A stretch of 63,844 nt of DNA, the filler included, from Octopus bimaculoides (taxonomy: Eukaryota): NCBI RefSeq assembly GCF_001194135.2. It is 4 parts of 4 records of this genome, joined end to end, with 100 filler letters (N's around TTAATTAATTAA, not from the genome) between each part and the next. Parts side by side here need not be neighbours in the genome. Positions count along the whole stretch, not along the records: positions 34,994 to 61,211 come from NC_068987.1; 3 more parts are not named here. One strand, 5' to 3'. Made by a program: the position numbers and the translations under genes. Numbering within the stretch: position 1 is the first letter of the stretch; every line of letters begins with the position of its first letter. This document shows, in pieces, positions 39,786 to 52,879 of the stretch. The notes under the pieces are model-generated. The model searched no databases. It was not told where the DNA came from and worked only from the letters and a program-made list of their open reading frames with translations.

Positions 39786-40176
39786 CTCTCTTTACTCTTT
39801 TACTCGTTTCAGTCATTTGACTGCGGCCATGCTGGAGCACCGCCTTTAGTCGAGCAAATCGACCCCAGGACTTATTCTTTGGAAGCCTAGTACTTATTCT
39901 ATCGGTCTCTTTTGCCGAACCGCTAAGTTACGGGGATGTAAACACACCAGCATCGGTTGTCAAGCGATGTTGGGGGGACAAACACACACATATATATATA
40001 CATATACATATATACGACGGGCTTCTTTCAGTTTCCGTCTTACCAAATCCACTCACAAGGCTTTGGTCGGCCCGAGGCTATAGTAGAAGACACTTGCCCA
40101 AGGTGTCACGCAGTGGGACTGAACCCGGGACCATGTGGTTGGTAAGCAAGCTGCTTACCACACAGCCACTCCTGCA

Positions 40177-40180
<4 letters not shown>
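39786..40180 (-). mobile_element. SINE family A, full length (ACP1 intron 2)
   Basis: Highly similar reverse complement of 17491-17905; a second partial copy follows at ~40232-40390. Confidence 0.85.
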
Positions 40181-40223
<43 letters not shown>

Positions 40224-41201
40224 TTATATATATGATGGGCTTCTTTCAGTTACCAACTACCAAATCTACTCACAAGGCTTTGGTCAGCCTGGGGATATAG
40301 CAGAAGACACAGGCTTAAGGTGCCACACAGTGGGACTGGACCCAGAATCATGTGGTAGGGAAGGAAATTTTGTACCACACAGCTATGCCTGACCTGGAAA
40401 TATTTTCGGACACATTTTTAGTTTATACTTTACTTGAAAATTATATTGCTAACTTTAATACTAAATATTCTTTTACCAAATCTACCAGATGTTTTATCAG
40501 GTATGTTGTTGTTTACCCACGGAACAGCTCTGGCTAATTGAATTTCATGTTACATCTATGACAATCATTTCTCTTCACATTATCAAGAACTACATTATTC
40601 AATATGCTTTATATTAGACAGTAAGATATGATTTGAGGTAGATAATTTGACTGCTATTTCTAGCAGATTGAGCCACTGCGTAGATATACCCTCATATCTG
40701 AGAGGATAATGAACTGATAAGAAGGTTTATAGGACACCACTCAACTATCAAATGTCTACCTTGCTGTAAAATGATACAACTATGAGGAGCCAAAGCTATA
40801 AAACTCATTGCTGAATGTAGTGGGTGACTTGTTAAATTGCTGAATCAAGTTTTATAGCAAGTAAATCAATGACTACCACTAGGCTTATTTGTAGTTATGA
40901 ATGAGAAGGCAATATTCATAGTCATACTTTGATACCATAATGGTCCCACTACTAGAAAAACGTGCTGGAAGACAACTCAGGAGTGAGTCCATGCAAATGT
41001 TTTGAGAATTTGTTTTGAGTGGATAAAGTGTTGCACAGTACTGAACTCACTTTTCAGTGCAGTCAGCTATAATTCTAGATGCAAAACAAAGGTTATTGTA
41101 CTTCAGGTTTTTTATAAAAAAGACAAGGAGATACAATTACTCACACACACGCATGCATACAATACACACACAAACATACAATCACTGGTACATATATATA
41201 T

Positions 41202-42748
41202 ATAGCCAAGGATAAACCTCTGTACCTGGCCTTCGTTGACATGGAGAAAGCCTTTGACAGGGTCCCCCGATCCCTTATCTGGTGGTCAATGAGGAAACTT
41301 GGGATAGAAGAATGGTTAGTGAGAGCTGTGCGAGCCATGTACAGAGATGCTGTCAGTAAGATGAAGGTTGGAAATGAGTACAGTAATGAATTCCGGGTAG
41401 AGGTAGGGGTCCACCAAGGTTCCGTCCTCAGCCCCCTCCTATTTATCATAGTCCTCCAGGCGATCACAGAGGAATTCAAGACAGGTTGCCCCTGGGAGCT
41501 CCTCTATGCTGATGACCTTGCACTAATTGCGCAGTCACTATCAGAACTAGAGGAGAAGTTTAANNNNNNNNNNNNNNNNNNNNNNNNNNNNNNNNNNNNN
41601 NNNNNNNNNNNNNNNNNNNNNNNNNNNNNNNNNNNNNNNNNNNNNNNNNNNNNNNNNNNNNNNNNNNNNNNNNNNNNNNNNNNNNNNNNNNNNNNNNNNN
41701 NNNNNNNNNNNNNNNNNNNNNNNNNNNNNNNNNNNNNNNNNNNNNNNNNNNNNNNNNNNNNNNNNNNNNNNNNNNNNNNNNNNNNNNNNNNNNNNNNNNN
41801 NNNNNNNNNNNNNNNNNNNNNNNNNNNNNNNNNNNNNNNNNNNNNNNNNNNNNNNNNNNNNNNNNNNNNNNNNNNNNNNNNNNNNNNNNNNNNNNNNNNN
41901 NNNNNNNNNNNNNNNNNNNNNNNNNNNNNNNNNNNNNNNNNNNNNNNNNNNNNNNNNNNNNNNNNNNNNNNNNNNNNNNNNNNNNNNNNNNNNNNNNNNN
42001 NNNNNNNNNNNNNNNNNNNNNNNNNNNNNNNNNNNNNNNNNNNNNNNNNNNNNNNNNNNNNNNNNNNNNNNNNNNNNNNNNNNNNNNNNNNNNNNNNNNN
42101 NNNNNNNNNNNNNNNNNNNNNNNNNNNNNNNNNNNNNNNNNNNNNNNNNNNNNNNNNNNNNNNNNNNNNNNNNNNNNNNNNNNNNNNNNNNNNNNNNNNN
42201 NNNNNNNNNNNNNNNNNNNNNNNNNNNNNNNNNNNNNNNNNNNNNNNNNNNNNNNNNNNNNNNNNNNNNNNNNNNNNNNNNNNNNNNNNNNNNNNNNNNN
42301 NNNNNNNNNNNNNNNNNNNNNNNNNNNNNNNNNNNNNNNNNNNNNNNNNNNNNNNNNNNNNNNNNNNNNNNNNNNNNNNNNNNNNNNNNNNNNNNNNNNN
42401 NNNNNNNNNNNNNNNNNNNNNNNNNNNNNNNNNNNNNNNNNNNNNNNCGTGAGAAGACCCGGCAGGCCAAGTGAGATCGTTGCCAGTGCCCCTGGACTGG
42501 CTCTTGTGCGGGTGGCACATAAAAGACACCATTTCGAGCGTGGCCGTTTTCGTGCGGGTGACACATAAAAGCACCCACTACACTCTCTGAGTGGTTGGCG
42601 TTAGGAAGGGCATCCAGCTGTAGAAACTCTGCCAAATTAGATTGGAGCCTGGTGTAGCCATCCGGTTGCACCAGTCCTCAGTCAAATCGTCCAACCCATG
42701 CTAGCATGGAAAGCGGACGTTAAACGATGATGATGATGATGATGATGA
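41202..42748 (+). mobile_element. 5'-truncated RTE-clade LINE in ACP1 intron 2
   Basis: ORF MEKAFDRVPR...GVHQGSVLSPLLF...LLYADD; same 3' UTR and (GAT)n tail; internal gap. Confidence 0.92.
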
Positions 42749-43072
42749 TATACACAGATGACTGGCTTCCACTCACAAGTCTTTGAGCAGCCTTTAACTG
42801 CATTAGAAAACACTTAACAAACATGACATGCAGAGGAACTGAGCCCAAAATTATGTGGTTGGAAAGCAAACTTCCTAACCAAGAAGCTATGCCTACACAT
42901 TAATTTACAATTACACATTTGGGATTTAATAAAGAAATTAATTAAATGTGAGAAAAAGATACAGAAAGCAAAAATAACTTTAGTAACCAAATTAGAACTT
43001 TGGTGCCTCAGCATGGCTGCAGTCTAATGACTGAAACATGAAAAAAATAAAAAAAACATTGTTGTTGTTGTT

Positions 43073-43449
43073 GGCACTCCGTCGCTTACAACGATGAGGG
43101 TTCCATTTGATCCGATCAACGGAACAGCCTGCTCGTGAAATTAACGTGCAAGTGACTGAGCACTCCACAGACACGTGTACCCTTAATGTAGTTCTCGGGG
43201 ATATTCAGCGTGACACAGTGTGACAAGGCTGACCCTTTGAATTACAGGCACAACAGAAACAGGAAGTAAGAGTGAGAGAAAGTTGTGGTGAAAGAGTACA
43301 GCAGGGTTCGCCACCACCTCCTGCTGGAGCCTTATGGAGCTTTAGGTGTTTTCGCTCAATAAACACTCACAATGCCCGGTCTGGGAATCGAAACTACGAT
43401 CCTATGACCGCGAATCCGCTGCCCTAACCACTGGGCCATTGTGCCTCCA
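43073..43449 (-). mobile_element. tRNA-Arg-like-headed SINE (family C)
   Basis: Head ggaggcacaatggcccagtggttagggcagcgg..tcgcggtcataggatc...tttcgattcc; near-identical relative at 55644-55987(+); head-only copy at 9538-9640(+). Confidence 0.8.
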
Positions 43450-43713
43450 CTCATAACATTGTAGGCAGAATATAAATGTATTATAATTAGTCGAGCAGGA
43501 GAAAGACAAAGAGATTATAATCTGAGAACTATAAGCAGGGAAGAGAGGTGGGGGAATAATGAATACTACAACTATATACAGAATGAAATACATAGAATTT
43601 GTTGGGATTTGAATAACAAGGAGCAAGTTGTGGAGAAAAATACGAAATTGTAAGATATTTATACTGATTTATTGCCATCTCATGCAGAAATAATAAAATT
43701 CATAACAACTAAC

Positions 43714-43787
43714 CATGTTATGTTGATTCTTTTCTTTCAGAAGATGCTCGAAAATGGCATGTGCCATTGGTGAACGGCAAATATTAC
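43714..43787 (-). CDS. ACP1: LMW-PTP coding exon 2 ((G)NICRSPMAHAIFEHLLKEKNQHNM)
   Basis: T-rich tract + tag| acceptor, |gttagt donor, 74 nt, phase 1 to 0; carries the NICRS part of the P-loop. The size matches my recollection of the equivalent human ACP1 exon. Confidence 0.95.
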
Positions 43788-46700
43788 CTAAAATAAAATG
43801 ATAAACAATTGCAGCATGGAAGATGTTTATAAGCCATTTAAGAACACACAAAAAAAAAACAAAAACCGTTAGATTCACTTTAACATTTAAATTTAATTTG
43901 TGTCAAAATATTTTCACTGCTTCAAAACTGTGACCTGTTCACTTACAAAACTTCATGGATACTTTTTTGTAGTTGTAGTTAAGTGGTAGTCGTTTTGTTG
44001 AAACAAAAAGTTTTGGTATAAAGATTTTGTTAATTAAGAAACCATGATACATGGATTGCTGCAACAGAACAGTCCATCACCATACAGATTTATCATGTGG
44101 TTCAAAGGCTTTGCAATAAACTATATTCTGCTAAAGCCATCCAAGAGGCTTGCTGGTGGTGATGGTGTAAAACTGGACAATGTTAAGTCTACCACACAAA
44201 ACAGATGCTGTCTGACTGCCTTCCACATAAGTTTTGTCTACTCAAATTCATTCATAACCTTCTTTCTAATTGTCTAAAAGTAAATGTAACATCTGCTGTT
44301 CTGATATTTCTAAAATACTAATTGTTTCTTATCTAATCTTGCTGTGCCTTATATAAATTTCACTAAAACTCTATCGATTTAAAAATTTTGTACATTAGCT
44401 AATAATTTTGTATAATTTCTTTCTTTTGAGCTTTTTTTTTAAACTTTTTGTCTCACACAAAGGGAAATGCTTCAGTTGATCTATAGCAAATAGCAACCAA
44501 ATTTATCTGCAATCACATCCTTTTATCTCAAAAAAGATACACCATGTCAGAGGAAAATACAGGCAAATCACATCTAGAATACATTTGACCATATATCTAT
44601 TATATCAATACTAAACTGGGGTTAAACAACAGCTACCTCAGTCATTCAAATAAAAAAAAATTGTGTGTAACTTGAATAAATGAGAAACCCAAAGTAACAC
44701 TTTCAACATCTAAAGAATCATACAACTTTTAAAATTCTTATATCTTTAATCACTTTAGTTAATACTATCTTCATTTTCTGGTAGTTCTATTGATGATAAA
44801 TTCTACCTATCTGTACCATTTCTGCAATCATCCATTGTAAAACTCTTAATCCATTTTTGTTCTTACAGTGATGAAGTGTATCTATATCATTTCAAAGACT
44901 TTTCTCTATAACATCTTCATTTGTCAGGACACACTGTAAAATACTATATGTTGATCATTATCATGACAAAGAACACTCTAAACAACCCACTCACTTTTCT
45001 TGTTAAATTTACCTCACCAAAACCCTGCTTTTTCCTTTCTTCTATTATTGATAATGTCTTATTCTTTCTTACTACATTGTTCATCTAATCTAATATACTG
45101 CCTTTACTTTTGCTGGGCAGTTTGAAAGCTCAGTTTTCTGCTGAGTTATTTTACTAAGTTGTTTGTTTCACCAATATTCTGCCCTCATTCTGGTCAAGTA
45201 TAAATTCTAACAGTATTTTGTCCTGTATGAATGTAGAGTTATCTGATATGCTATAAAAAAATTCTTCATCTCTGCATTATTCACGTAACAACAGCTAATG
45301 CTATAAGGACATTATTCAGCATCCAAGCCTTACATTTTGACAAACAGATAAATGTATTTTACTTTGACCTATCGATACAAAATTCTTATGACTAAATGAA
45401 GATCCTTGAAACCTGTGGTGAAAAATAAATCTAGATATGATCATCAATACGGACAAAGACAATGTAGAAAACTAACAATATTACCGGAATAATAAAGAAT
45501 GATGAATGAAAATACTCTTAGAATACTTAATAGGAATACATAATTTTCATATTATGTAACAGAGAAAAGTCAGTTAATTTCATTAATTTACTGGTATTTT
45601 ATCAATTGTGATTGGCTGAAAAGAAAAGCTAACTTTAGCAGGATTTTGAACACATAACTGAGAAGGATGAAATTAAAAACTGTAATATCTTTAATCTGGT
45701 GCTGAATCTGGTAGCTGTTCTATCCTATTTTCCATGCCACACAATCAATCCTCCTCCTCCTCCCCCTTTGTACTGCAGCCATCAATGACCACTGACATCA
45801 TGTACCTGCAAGACTTTTGGGTTCATGGTCAGCAAGACACTACTCTGCAAAGGACAGAACTCTCGTTTCAACTGAGTGGAATGGAACAGAGTTAAATGAA
45901 ATGCAACCAAGTCTCCCTCACTGTCTTAATGAATTAAGGACACATTGGATAATATAGTTCTAAATGCATGCAATACGTGAGAAATATAAGATGGAATGGT
46001 CAAGGGGGAGAAATCTTGGGGCATAGGTCTTCAGCAATCAGAATTAACATTAAACTTAACAATATCAAATGAATACCCAAGAATATAATGTCTGGTCAAG
46101 GAACTGAACCCATGTTCTTACAATCATGAGTCCAATAGCTTAAGCACCAAGCCATGTAAGTGGTTATATATTCCTATAAAATAATAAAAGCTAAGGTTAG
46201 TTCCAACGAAATGTAAGTTTGTAATTCATGCTGCTCATGCATGTTTTTTGAAGAAGCAATGCAACAAACCATCTCATGCAGAATAACACACTAATTGTGT
46301 TCATTTATTAATTGAGATTGTCAAGGCAAAGGCACTACTAACTAAATCAAGTGTAGACTTGATATGATTTGTAAAGACACTCAATACTGATATGCTGCTG
46401 AAAATGCTTCGTATTGTAATGAGATGAATAGAAAACAAAAAAGAAAGCATTATAAAGAAATTAATTAAATGATATATTAGGCAAGTGTGTTATGATACCT
46501 AACATAGTTGATTGAATACACTGAGTGAATGTAAACAACATAAAGTGCTTCAAAAAGTTCATTGCTTTTAATCAATTGGAGTAGGAGAACAGTAATAATG
46601 ACATTTGTAGGTACTTCTAAATGTGAATGATTAGAATGTAATAATTAATCTAAAAGCAATTCAGTGTTAATTAACATTAAAAAAAACATGACTGATATAA

Positions 46701-48079
46701 ATTAAGGAATAATCTACCCTATGCAAGAGCCTCTATGAGGTGATATGAGATTCAAGAAATAACAACTAAATCTTCCTCAAATCACACTCTACTATCATAA
46801 TAAAGGAAGAACACATTAGATAATGTAGTACTAGATGCACTATATTTGGAATATAAGACAATAATAGTCATAGCCAGAAAGCCTTTGGTTACAGAGGTCT
46901 TGCTCAGTCAGAGAGTTGATCTTAACCTCAACATGAACAGAAATATTAGATATACAATATGATATAAAATATAGGCATTAAGCATGGCTGTGTGGAAAGA
47001 AGCTTGCTTCCCAACCATGTTTCTAAAGTTCAGTCCCACTGTGTGGCATCTTGGGCAAGTGTCTTCCACTGCCCAAAACCTTATGAGTATATCTGATAGA
47101 CAGAAACTGAAAGAAGCCCATCACATGCATATATATATCTGTGTGTGTCTTTGTGTCTGTGTATGCCCCCCACCACTACTTGACAACTGGTTTTGGTGTG
47201 TCTACATCCCTGTAATCTAGCAGTTAAGCAAAAGAAATCTACAGAATAAGTACCAGACTAAAAAAAGTCCTGTGGTTAGGGGTTGATCCATTCAACTAAA
47301 AATTTTCAAAGTGGTGCCCCAGCATGGCTGCAGTCTAATGACTGAAATAAGTAAGATATATCTATTGAATGGATTCCATTTGCATTATATCCCCACCTGC
47401 TCTTGTATAATGCAAGAAGCCATGCATCTGCTTTGCAGCAAGAAACCTTGTTCTGGCCTCTTCTTTCATACTTCAATTGTTCATCACCTAGCATAAAGTT
47501 GCTTCCCTCTAAACTGTAGTTTCACTCATTTCACAGTGGAAAGCTTCACTGATCCTGGTTTCACAAAAAAAAAAAAAAAGAGGAACCAGTATGCTGTAAA
47601 GAGCTCAGCGTGGAAGGTTGTTCAACCATAGAAATCATGCTAAAGCAGACATTAAAGCAGAACACAGTCCTCCAACTAAGTTGGTCTTGTCAAACTGTTC
47701 AACCCATGCCAGCATGAGAGACAGACATGAAATGATGATGATGTTGATGTAAACAATTATCACTTTCTTGAAGTATTTTTTTGTTAAAATTAATTAGTCA
47801 GAGTAGGAAAGAGAATGGCCATGACCTATGTATGTCATAGGCATATCCCATTCTCCACTGCACCAATCTCTTGCATAATTTAATTTTCAGCTTAATTACC
47901 TTCTGTAGCTGAACTACACTGCAGACAGTAAATTCCAGATTTTCTTCTATTATAGCCCCAGGCCAACCAAAGTCTTGAGAATGAGTTTGGTAGATGGAAG
48001 ATAAAAGAAACCCATTGTGTGTGTGTGTGTGTGTGCATGTGTGTACCTTTTTCTTGACAACATGTAACAATTGTAAACA

Positions 48080-48674
48080 TAGGCGTAGGAGTGGCTGTGT
48101 GGTAAGTAGCTTGCTTATGAACCACATGGTTCCGGGTTCAGTCCCACTGCATGGCACCTTGGGCATGTGTCTTCTACTATAGCCTCGGGCTGACCAAAGC
48201 CTTGTGAGTGGATTTGGTAGATGGAAACTGAAAGAAGCCCGTCGTATATATGTATATATATANNNNNNNNNNNNNNNNNNNNNNNNNNNNNNNNNNNNNN
48301 NNNNNNNNNNNNNNNNNNNNNNNNNNNNNNNNNNNNNNNNNNNNNNNNNNNNNNNNNNNNNNNNNNNNNNNNNNNNNNNNNNNNNNNNNNNNNNNNNNNN
48401 NNNNNNNNNNNNNNNNNNNNNNNNNNNNNNNNNNNNNNNNNNNNNNTATGTGTGTGTATATGTTTGTGTGTCTGTGTTTGTCCCCCCCAACATCGCTTGA
48501 CAACCGATGGTCGTGTGTTTACGTCCCCATAACTTAGCGGTTCGGCAAAAGAGACCGATAGAATAAGTATTAGGCTTCCAAAGAATAAGTACTGGGGTCG
48601 ATTTGCTCGACTAAAGGTGGTGCTCCAGCATGGCCACAGTCAAATGACTGAAACAATTAAAAGAGTAAAAGAGT
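48080..48674 (+). mobile_element. SINE family A, full length with internal gap (ACP1 intron 1)
   Basis: Same head, body and tail as the 17491 copy; a partial inverted copy lies immediately upstream at ~47940-48055. Confidence 0.85.
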
Positions 48675-48861
48675 ATACAAGTGATGTTGTTTATCTTCCA
48701 TGAAAAACATGTCAGATTATGGAGAAATATTACTTTGCTTGGGAAAAGGTAAGGGTTGGTGACAGGAAGAGCATCTAACCCATGAAAGCATGGAAAAGTA
48801 CACATTAAATGATGGTGATGATAATGCATGAGTGTTGAAGAGAAGTTCCTGGAAGCAACTC

Positions 48862-49420
48862 TGGGGCACTGACCAGGGAAGATTGTCCTTCCTCCTTCGT
48901 GCTGTTAACGATCTTTTACTAACCCCAAATAACCTTAAAAATGGGGCAAAGAAGACTCATTTTGCAAGCAGTGTGGAGCAACCCTTTTCACTCTTAACTA
49001 CATTTTGACTGAATATCTTAGGGCACTACAAGTAGAGACATGATAAAGAAATCTTCAAGTGGACTGGTCTACAAAGAGATGACTCTTCTTTCCAGAGGAG
49101 ACGGCGGTAACATCACTCTGCTCTTCAGGAGCACAAAAACAATCATCTTGGGAGGACAGACTCAATATTTCCCATAAGCTAAAGGAAACCAAATATCAGA
49201 ACTTTGTTGATGAGTCCTTGCCAAGGGATGGCACACAGCTTCATATGGAAGTCAGCTGCCATAGCATTCTAGCGAGGTTAGTGAACTATTCACTACAGAT
49301 GATAGGCCTGGAATCCCAGACATCTGAAGAAATCCACCAAGGAATTGAGCAGGACATCTGAAACAAGCTCAAGGTGGCTATGATTGGTAAGAGACTACAA
49401 GTGGAACCCTTCAGCAGATG
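48862..49420 (+). pseudogene. Decayed HERO-like (restriction-like endonuclease) non-LTR retrotransposon C-terminus
   Basis: Frame-broken translation RLSFLLRAVNDLLLTPNNLK.WG...CKQCG...TLNYIL...RHD and WEDRL...K.TKY...GW....EVSC, matching my recollection of the CCHC knuckle and RLE motifs of HERO elements. Confidence 0.6.
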
Positions 49421-49816
49421 AAGACTATTTTAGTCCTTGCTGCCCCACTCAGTTGAAGCATACAGGCTAATGGGTAAAACGTTTGTGGCCCTGAGATACC
49501 GCTGACAGCATGGAAGAGTTTCCAGAATTGCAACAGACTTAGAAGAGCTTGCAAAAACTCTGAGTAGCTCCTGCAGTTTCACGATGGGGCAAAGCATCTC
49601 TGATGACACTTATCAAGTGTGACTGACTGATGATGCACTTAGTGTTGGATAGCTGTTTTTTTTTCTTTCTTTCTTTACATATAATTATATTTTCTTCTGT
49701 CGTGCAGCTACTGTTTATACCTCGCTCAGAGATATATTACACTTTCTTCTGTTTTGGATTTATATTTTAATGTAGAATATCTATGTAATTAAGTATGTAT
49801 GCCGAATCAACAAATT

Positions 49817-50617
49817 CATTGGATCTTTCTGATTTGGCAAGCGCCACTTGTTTTCTTAACGAAACACTTTCAAACTTGGGACACTGGTAGAATGTGTCAT
49901 ATAACACATCTTTTACTCTTAGTGTTATTGAGGAAATTTTATCTTTTTAAAGTTATTTCGTGTTAAAATTGTCGTATTTCGGTAATTTCAACCAATCACT
50001 GACGGCTATTGAGGTGAAAACAATTACTGCTGTGGAATGTAAACAACACGTTCTAGCGGTGTAATGGGATCTTTTCCCTTGAATAAAATTAGTGCCATTG
50101 TTTGTCAACAACAACTATCGGCGGTACTGTTATTTATGACATCGTTCGTGCGTTTGTACTGGTTTTAGCTTTAGGGTTTTAGGGTTAGNNNNNNNNNNNN
50201 NNNNNNTTAGAGTTACGGTTAGGGTTATGAATATTTGGCAAAAATACTCATAACCCTAACCCTAAAGCTAAAACCAGTACAAACGCACGAAGGATGTCAT
50301 AAATAACAGTACCGCCGATAGTTGTTGACAAACAACGGCACTAATTTTATTCAAGGAAAAAGATCCCATTACACCGCTAGAACGTGTTGTTTACATTCCA
50401 TAGCAGTAATCCTTTTCACCTCAATAGACGTCAGTGATTGGTTGAAATTACCGAAATACGATAACTTTTAACATGAAATAACTTCGAATATAAAAATTTT
50501 TCTCTGTTCTATAAGACAAAATATACAAGTATACAAAGTTTTAAAGTGTTTCGGTAGAAAACACACTAAATAAAACATTAATTAAAAGTGGCGCCCGCCA
50601 AATCAGAAAGAACCAAT
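49817..50617. repeat. Foldback palindrome with telomere-like centre, in ACP1 intron 1
   Basis: Inner arms ~49970-50185 and ~50250-50465 are near-perfect reverse complements; outer ends share tctttctgatttggc..gcgccact; the centre has TTAGGG/CCCTAA-like repeats and a small N gap. Confidence 0.85.
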
Positions 50618-51327
50618 TCATTTAATTTTACTTACATATAAATAAATATTTGCCAAAACCTACTTTCATTATGGTAAATTAAAAAAAAAACAAACAAACA
50701 TAAAAAATAGAACGCACGCACGTGTTGTGGGTGATCCTTGTGTGTGTATGTGTGTTTTAACTTTCGCAAATTAACAATCGCTGACAGTGGCGGCTGCCGC
50801 AGATTTTTATTTTTAGGCAGGGCAGGAATTCATAGCTTGCAGTTAAACTGTGTTATTGTTAGTGGCGATCGCTGAGTAATTTTTATTTGTAAAGTTTGAC
50901 TTGCAAAAGAACACAGAAAGTACAGCAGCTGTAACGACCAATTGCAGCCAATCATTAAATGTTGGATTAAATAGAGTACTGAACTTAATTCAACACACAC
51001 ACATTAACAACATATTTTAATAGCAAACTAAAATATATAAATCATACACATAATCGACGATGTAGATTACGATGTTGTTTGAAAAAAAAAAATCTAATGT
51101 CTAGTTTTAGAACAAATATTGAGAAAATTCATGAGTTTACGTATAGCGTACGCCAAATAAATCGAAAAGTATTCAGGAGTGTGGGCAAATTGACATGTCT
51201 AGTGATGGCTTTAAATCTCTTAATTTTATTTAACAGCAAAGAAAAAAGAATTATATGGATGCAAACTGTATTTAGTTTTTGCATTAATAATCTTAGAAGA
51301 GGTGGCGAGCCGCCAAATTCACTAGAG

Positions 51328-51503
51328 CAGTGGTTCCCAAACTATGAGTCGCGACCCACTGATGGGTCACGAACGGATCCTAGTGGATCGCAAAAAGTTA
51401 TAAAATTACTTATTAATGTTTTTACCCAGTAGAGTTAAGTGGGTCGCCATAAACTGGTGTCATAAATAGTGAGTCGCGTCTCTAAAAAGTTTAGGAACCA
51501 TTG
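51328..51503. mobile_element. hAT-family MITE with perfect 8-bp TSD
   Basis: TIRs CAGTGGTTCCCAAAC and TTTAGGAACCATTG; TSD CACTAGAG at 51320-51327 and 51504-51511, with the central TA typical of Charlie-type target sites. Confidence 0.92.
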
Positions 51504-52048
51504 CACTAGAGCGTCGGAAAAACAAAATGCTTCGCGATATTTGTTCCAACTCCTTATTATGTTCCTGAGCCTTTCATCCTTCCAAGGTCAATAAAGTAAA
51601 GCATAAGTACTGAAATCATTGGTATCGACTGACTCCCTCAAAAATTGTTGGCCATGTGCCTTAATTAGAAATCGTAAATAACCTTAGACAATTAGTTCAT
51701 TTTTCTTCTTATTATTATGATTATTATTATTAACAGCCAATTTGTCTGCATTAAAAAAAAAAATCACGTGAACAGTTCAAAATTTGTTAAAGTAAACTTT
51801 TGACACACTGGGACACCTTGTCGAGAGCCGTTTGTAACCGGCATCTAACTTGGGGTACGCGATATTCCGTGCTAATTGTATTTGACAAGGTGCCCAATTT
51901 AGGAAAGTTTGACTAAGACACGACATTATATGTGAGTGTGCATGTCTTAAGGAGTGTGTATGTCTCTCTCTATATATAACTATTATAAATGAGTATAAAA
52001 TAATTAATAACAAGCAAAATACCAACTGCACAATATTTCATTACAAAC

Positions 52049-52088
52049 CTAAGCAAACGAACAGTACTTTCTTCTTCTCTCCGTCCAT
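52049..52088 (-). CDS. ACP1: LMW protein tyrosine phosphatase, coding exon 1 (MDGEKKKVLFVCL-G)
   Basis: Reverse complement reads cacc-ATG-GAC GGA GAG AAG AAG AAA GTA CTG TTC GTT TGC TTA G|GTTTGT. Strong Kozak context, phase-1 GT donor; joins in frame to exon 2 to give VLFVCLGNICRS (CX5R P-loop). Confidence 0.92.
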
Positions 52089-52879
52089 GGTGAAGTATGA
52101 TAATAGAGTGCTCTCCCTTTGTGATAGAGCGTGTTGCAGCCGGTTGCAATATCAGTTTGTGTGTGTTTGTTTTTGGTTCCTACCGGTGAATGATGTTGTT
52201 TAGCTCCATATCAGACCTATTCCGGCTACTCCAGCTGTAACTGTCCAGTATTTTGTATATCCAGAAGTACGTCATCCAACTTGCCTCTTTTAAAAGACAG
52301 TAGGAGGTGATATGAGGAAGATTTGACCACTGTTCCCAGCAGGTCGAAAAATACGTAACTGCTCTCTTGTTGACGAGCGTCGCCTTGGAAGTGACAATTC
52401 ACCGTTAAAGTTTTTAAACGTTCATTTGATATCATTTCAAATTGAAATTTTCTTGGGGAACAGAATCCCTAGCTTATTTTAGGTGATTGGTGCCGTCCTA
52501 AAAGACACATCAATATCACCATAACAATAATCGGTTTCGATTTTACTTCTTTATGTTTGGTACTTTATCAATCTAGAAATGTCGAAAGGTAAAGTTTACT
52601 CTATTGGGATCTAAATCAACATGGAAACCGATTTGTAGTCACACGACCTGCCAGAAATGGCAACTAAATTTCCCTTAAATCATACCAAGCCGTTTTAAAA
52701 TCCCATACATTCTATAGTGTAGATCATGTGGTGAAATGCTAAAACTAGGCAGTGATTGTAGGAATTGTTAGAGTGTAGAACAAAATACATAGCAGTATTT
52801 GTCCCGGTTCTGTGCACTTTATTTGATTTAGCAAGGGAGCATGTTCTTGTGTAAACCTCCCCACAATTCTTTTCGGTGA

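Noticed and set aside
49586-49625. CTGATGA-CAC...GTG hammerhead-like start after the HERO remnant
   Set aside because: No GAAA follows stem II; similar incomplete CTGATGA hits at ~25827 and ~28815 were also rejected.
50161-50270. Interstitial telomere or chromosome fusion site
   Set aside because: Only a few imperfect TTAGGG units, and they are embedded in a foldback element.
52226-52435. 69-aa minus-strand ORF upstream of ACP1
   Set aside because: No recognisable domain or splice pattern; likely promoter or UTR sequence.
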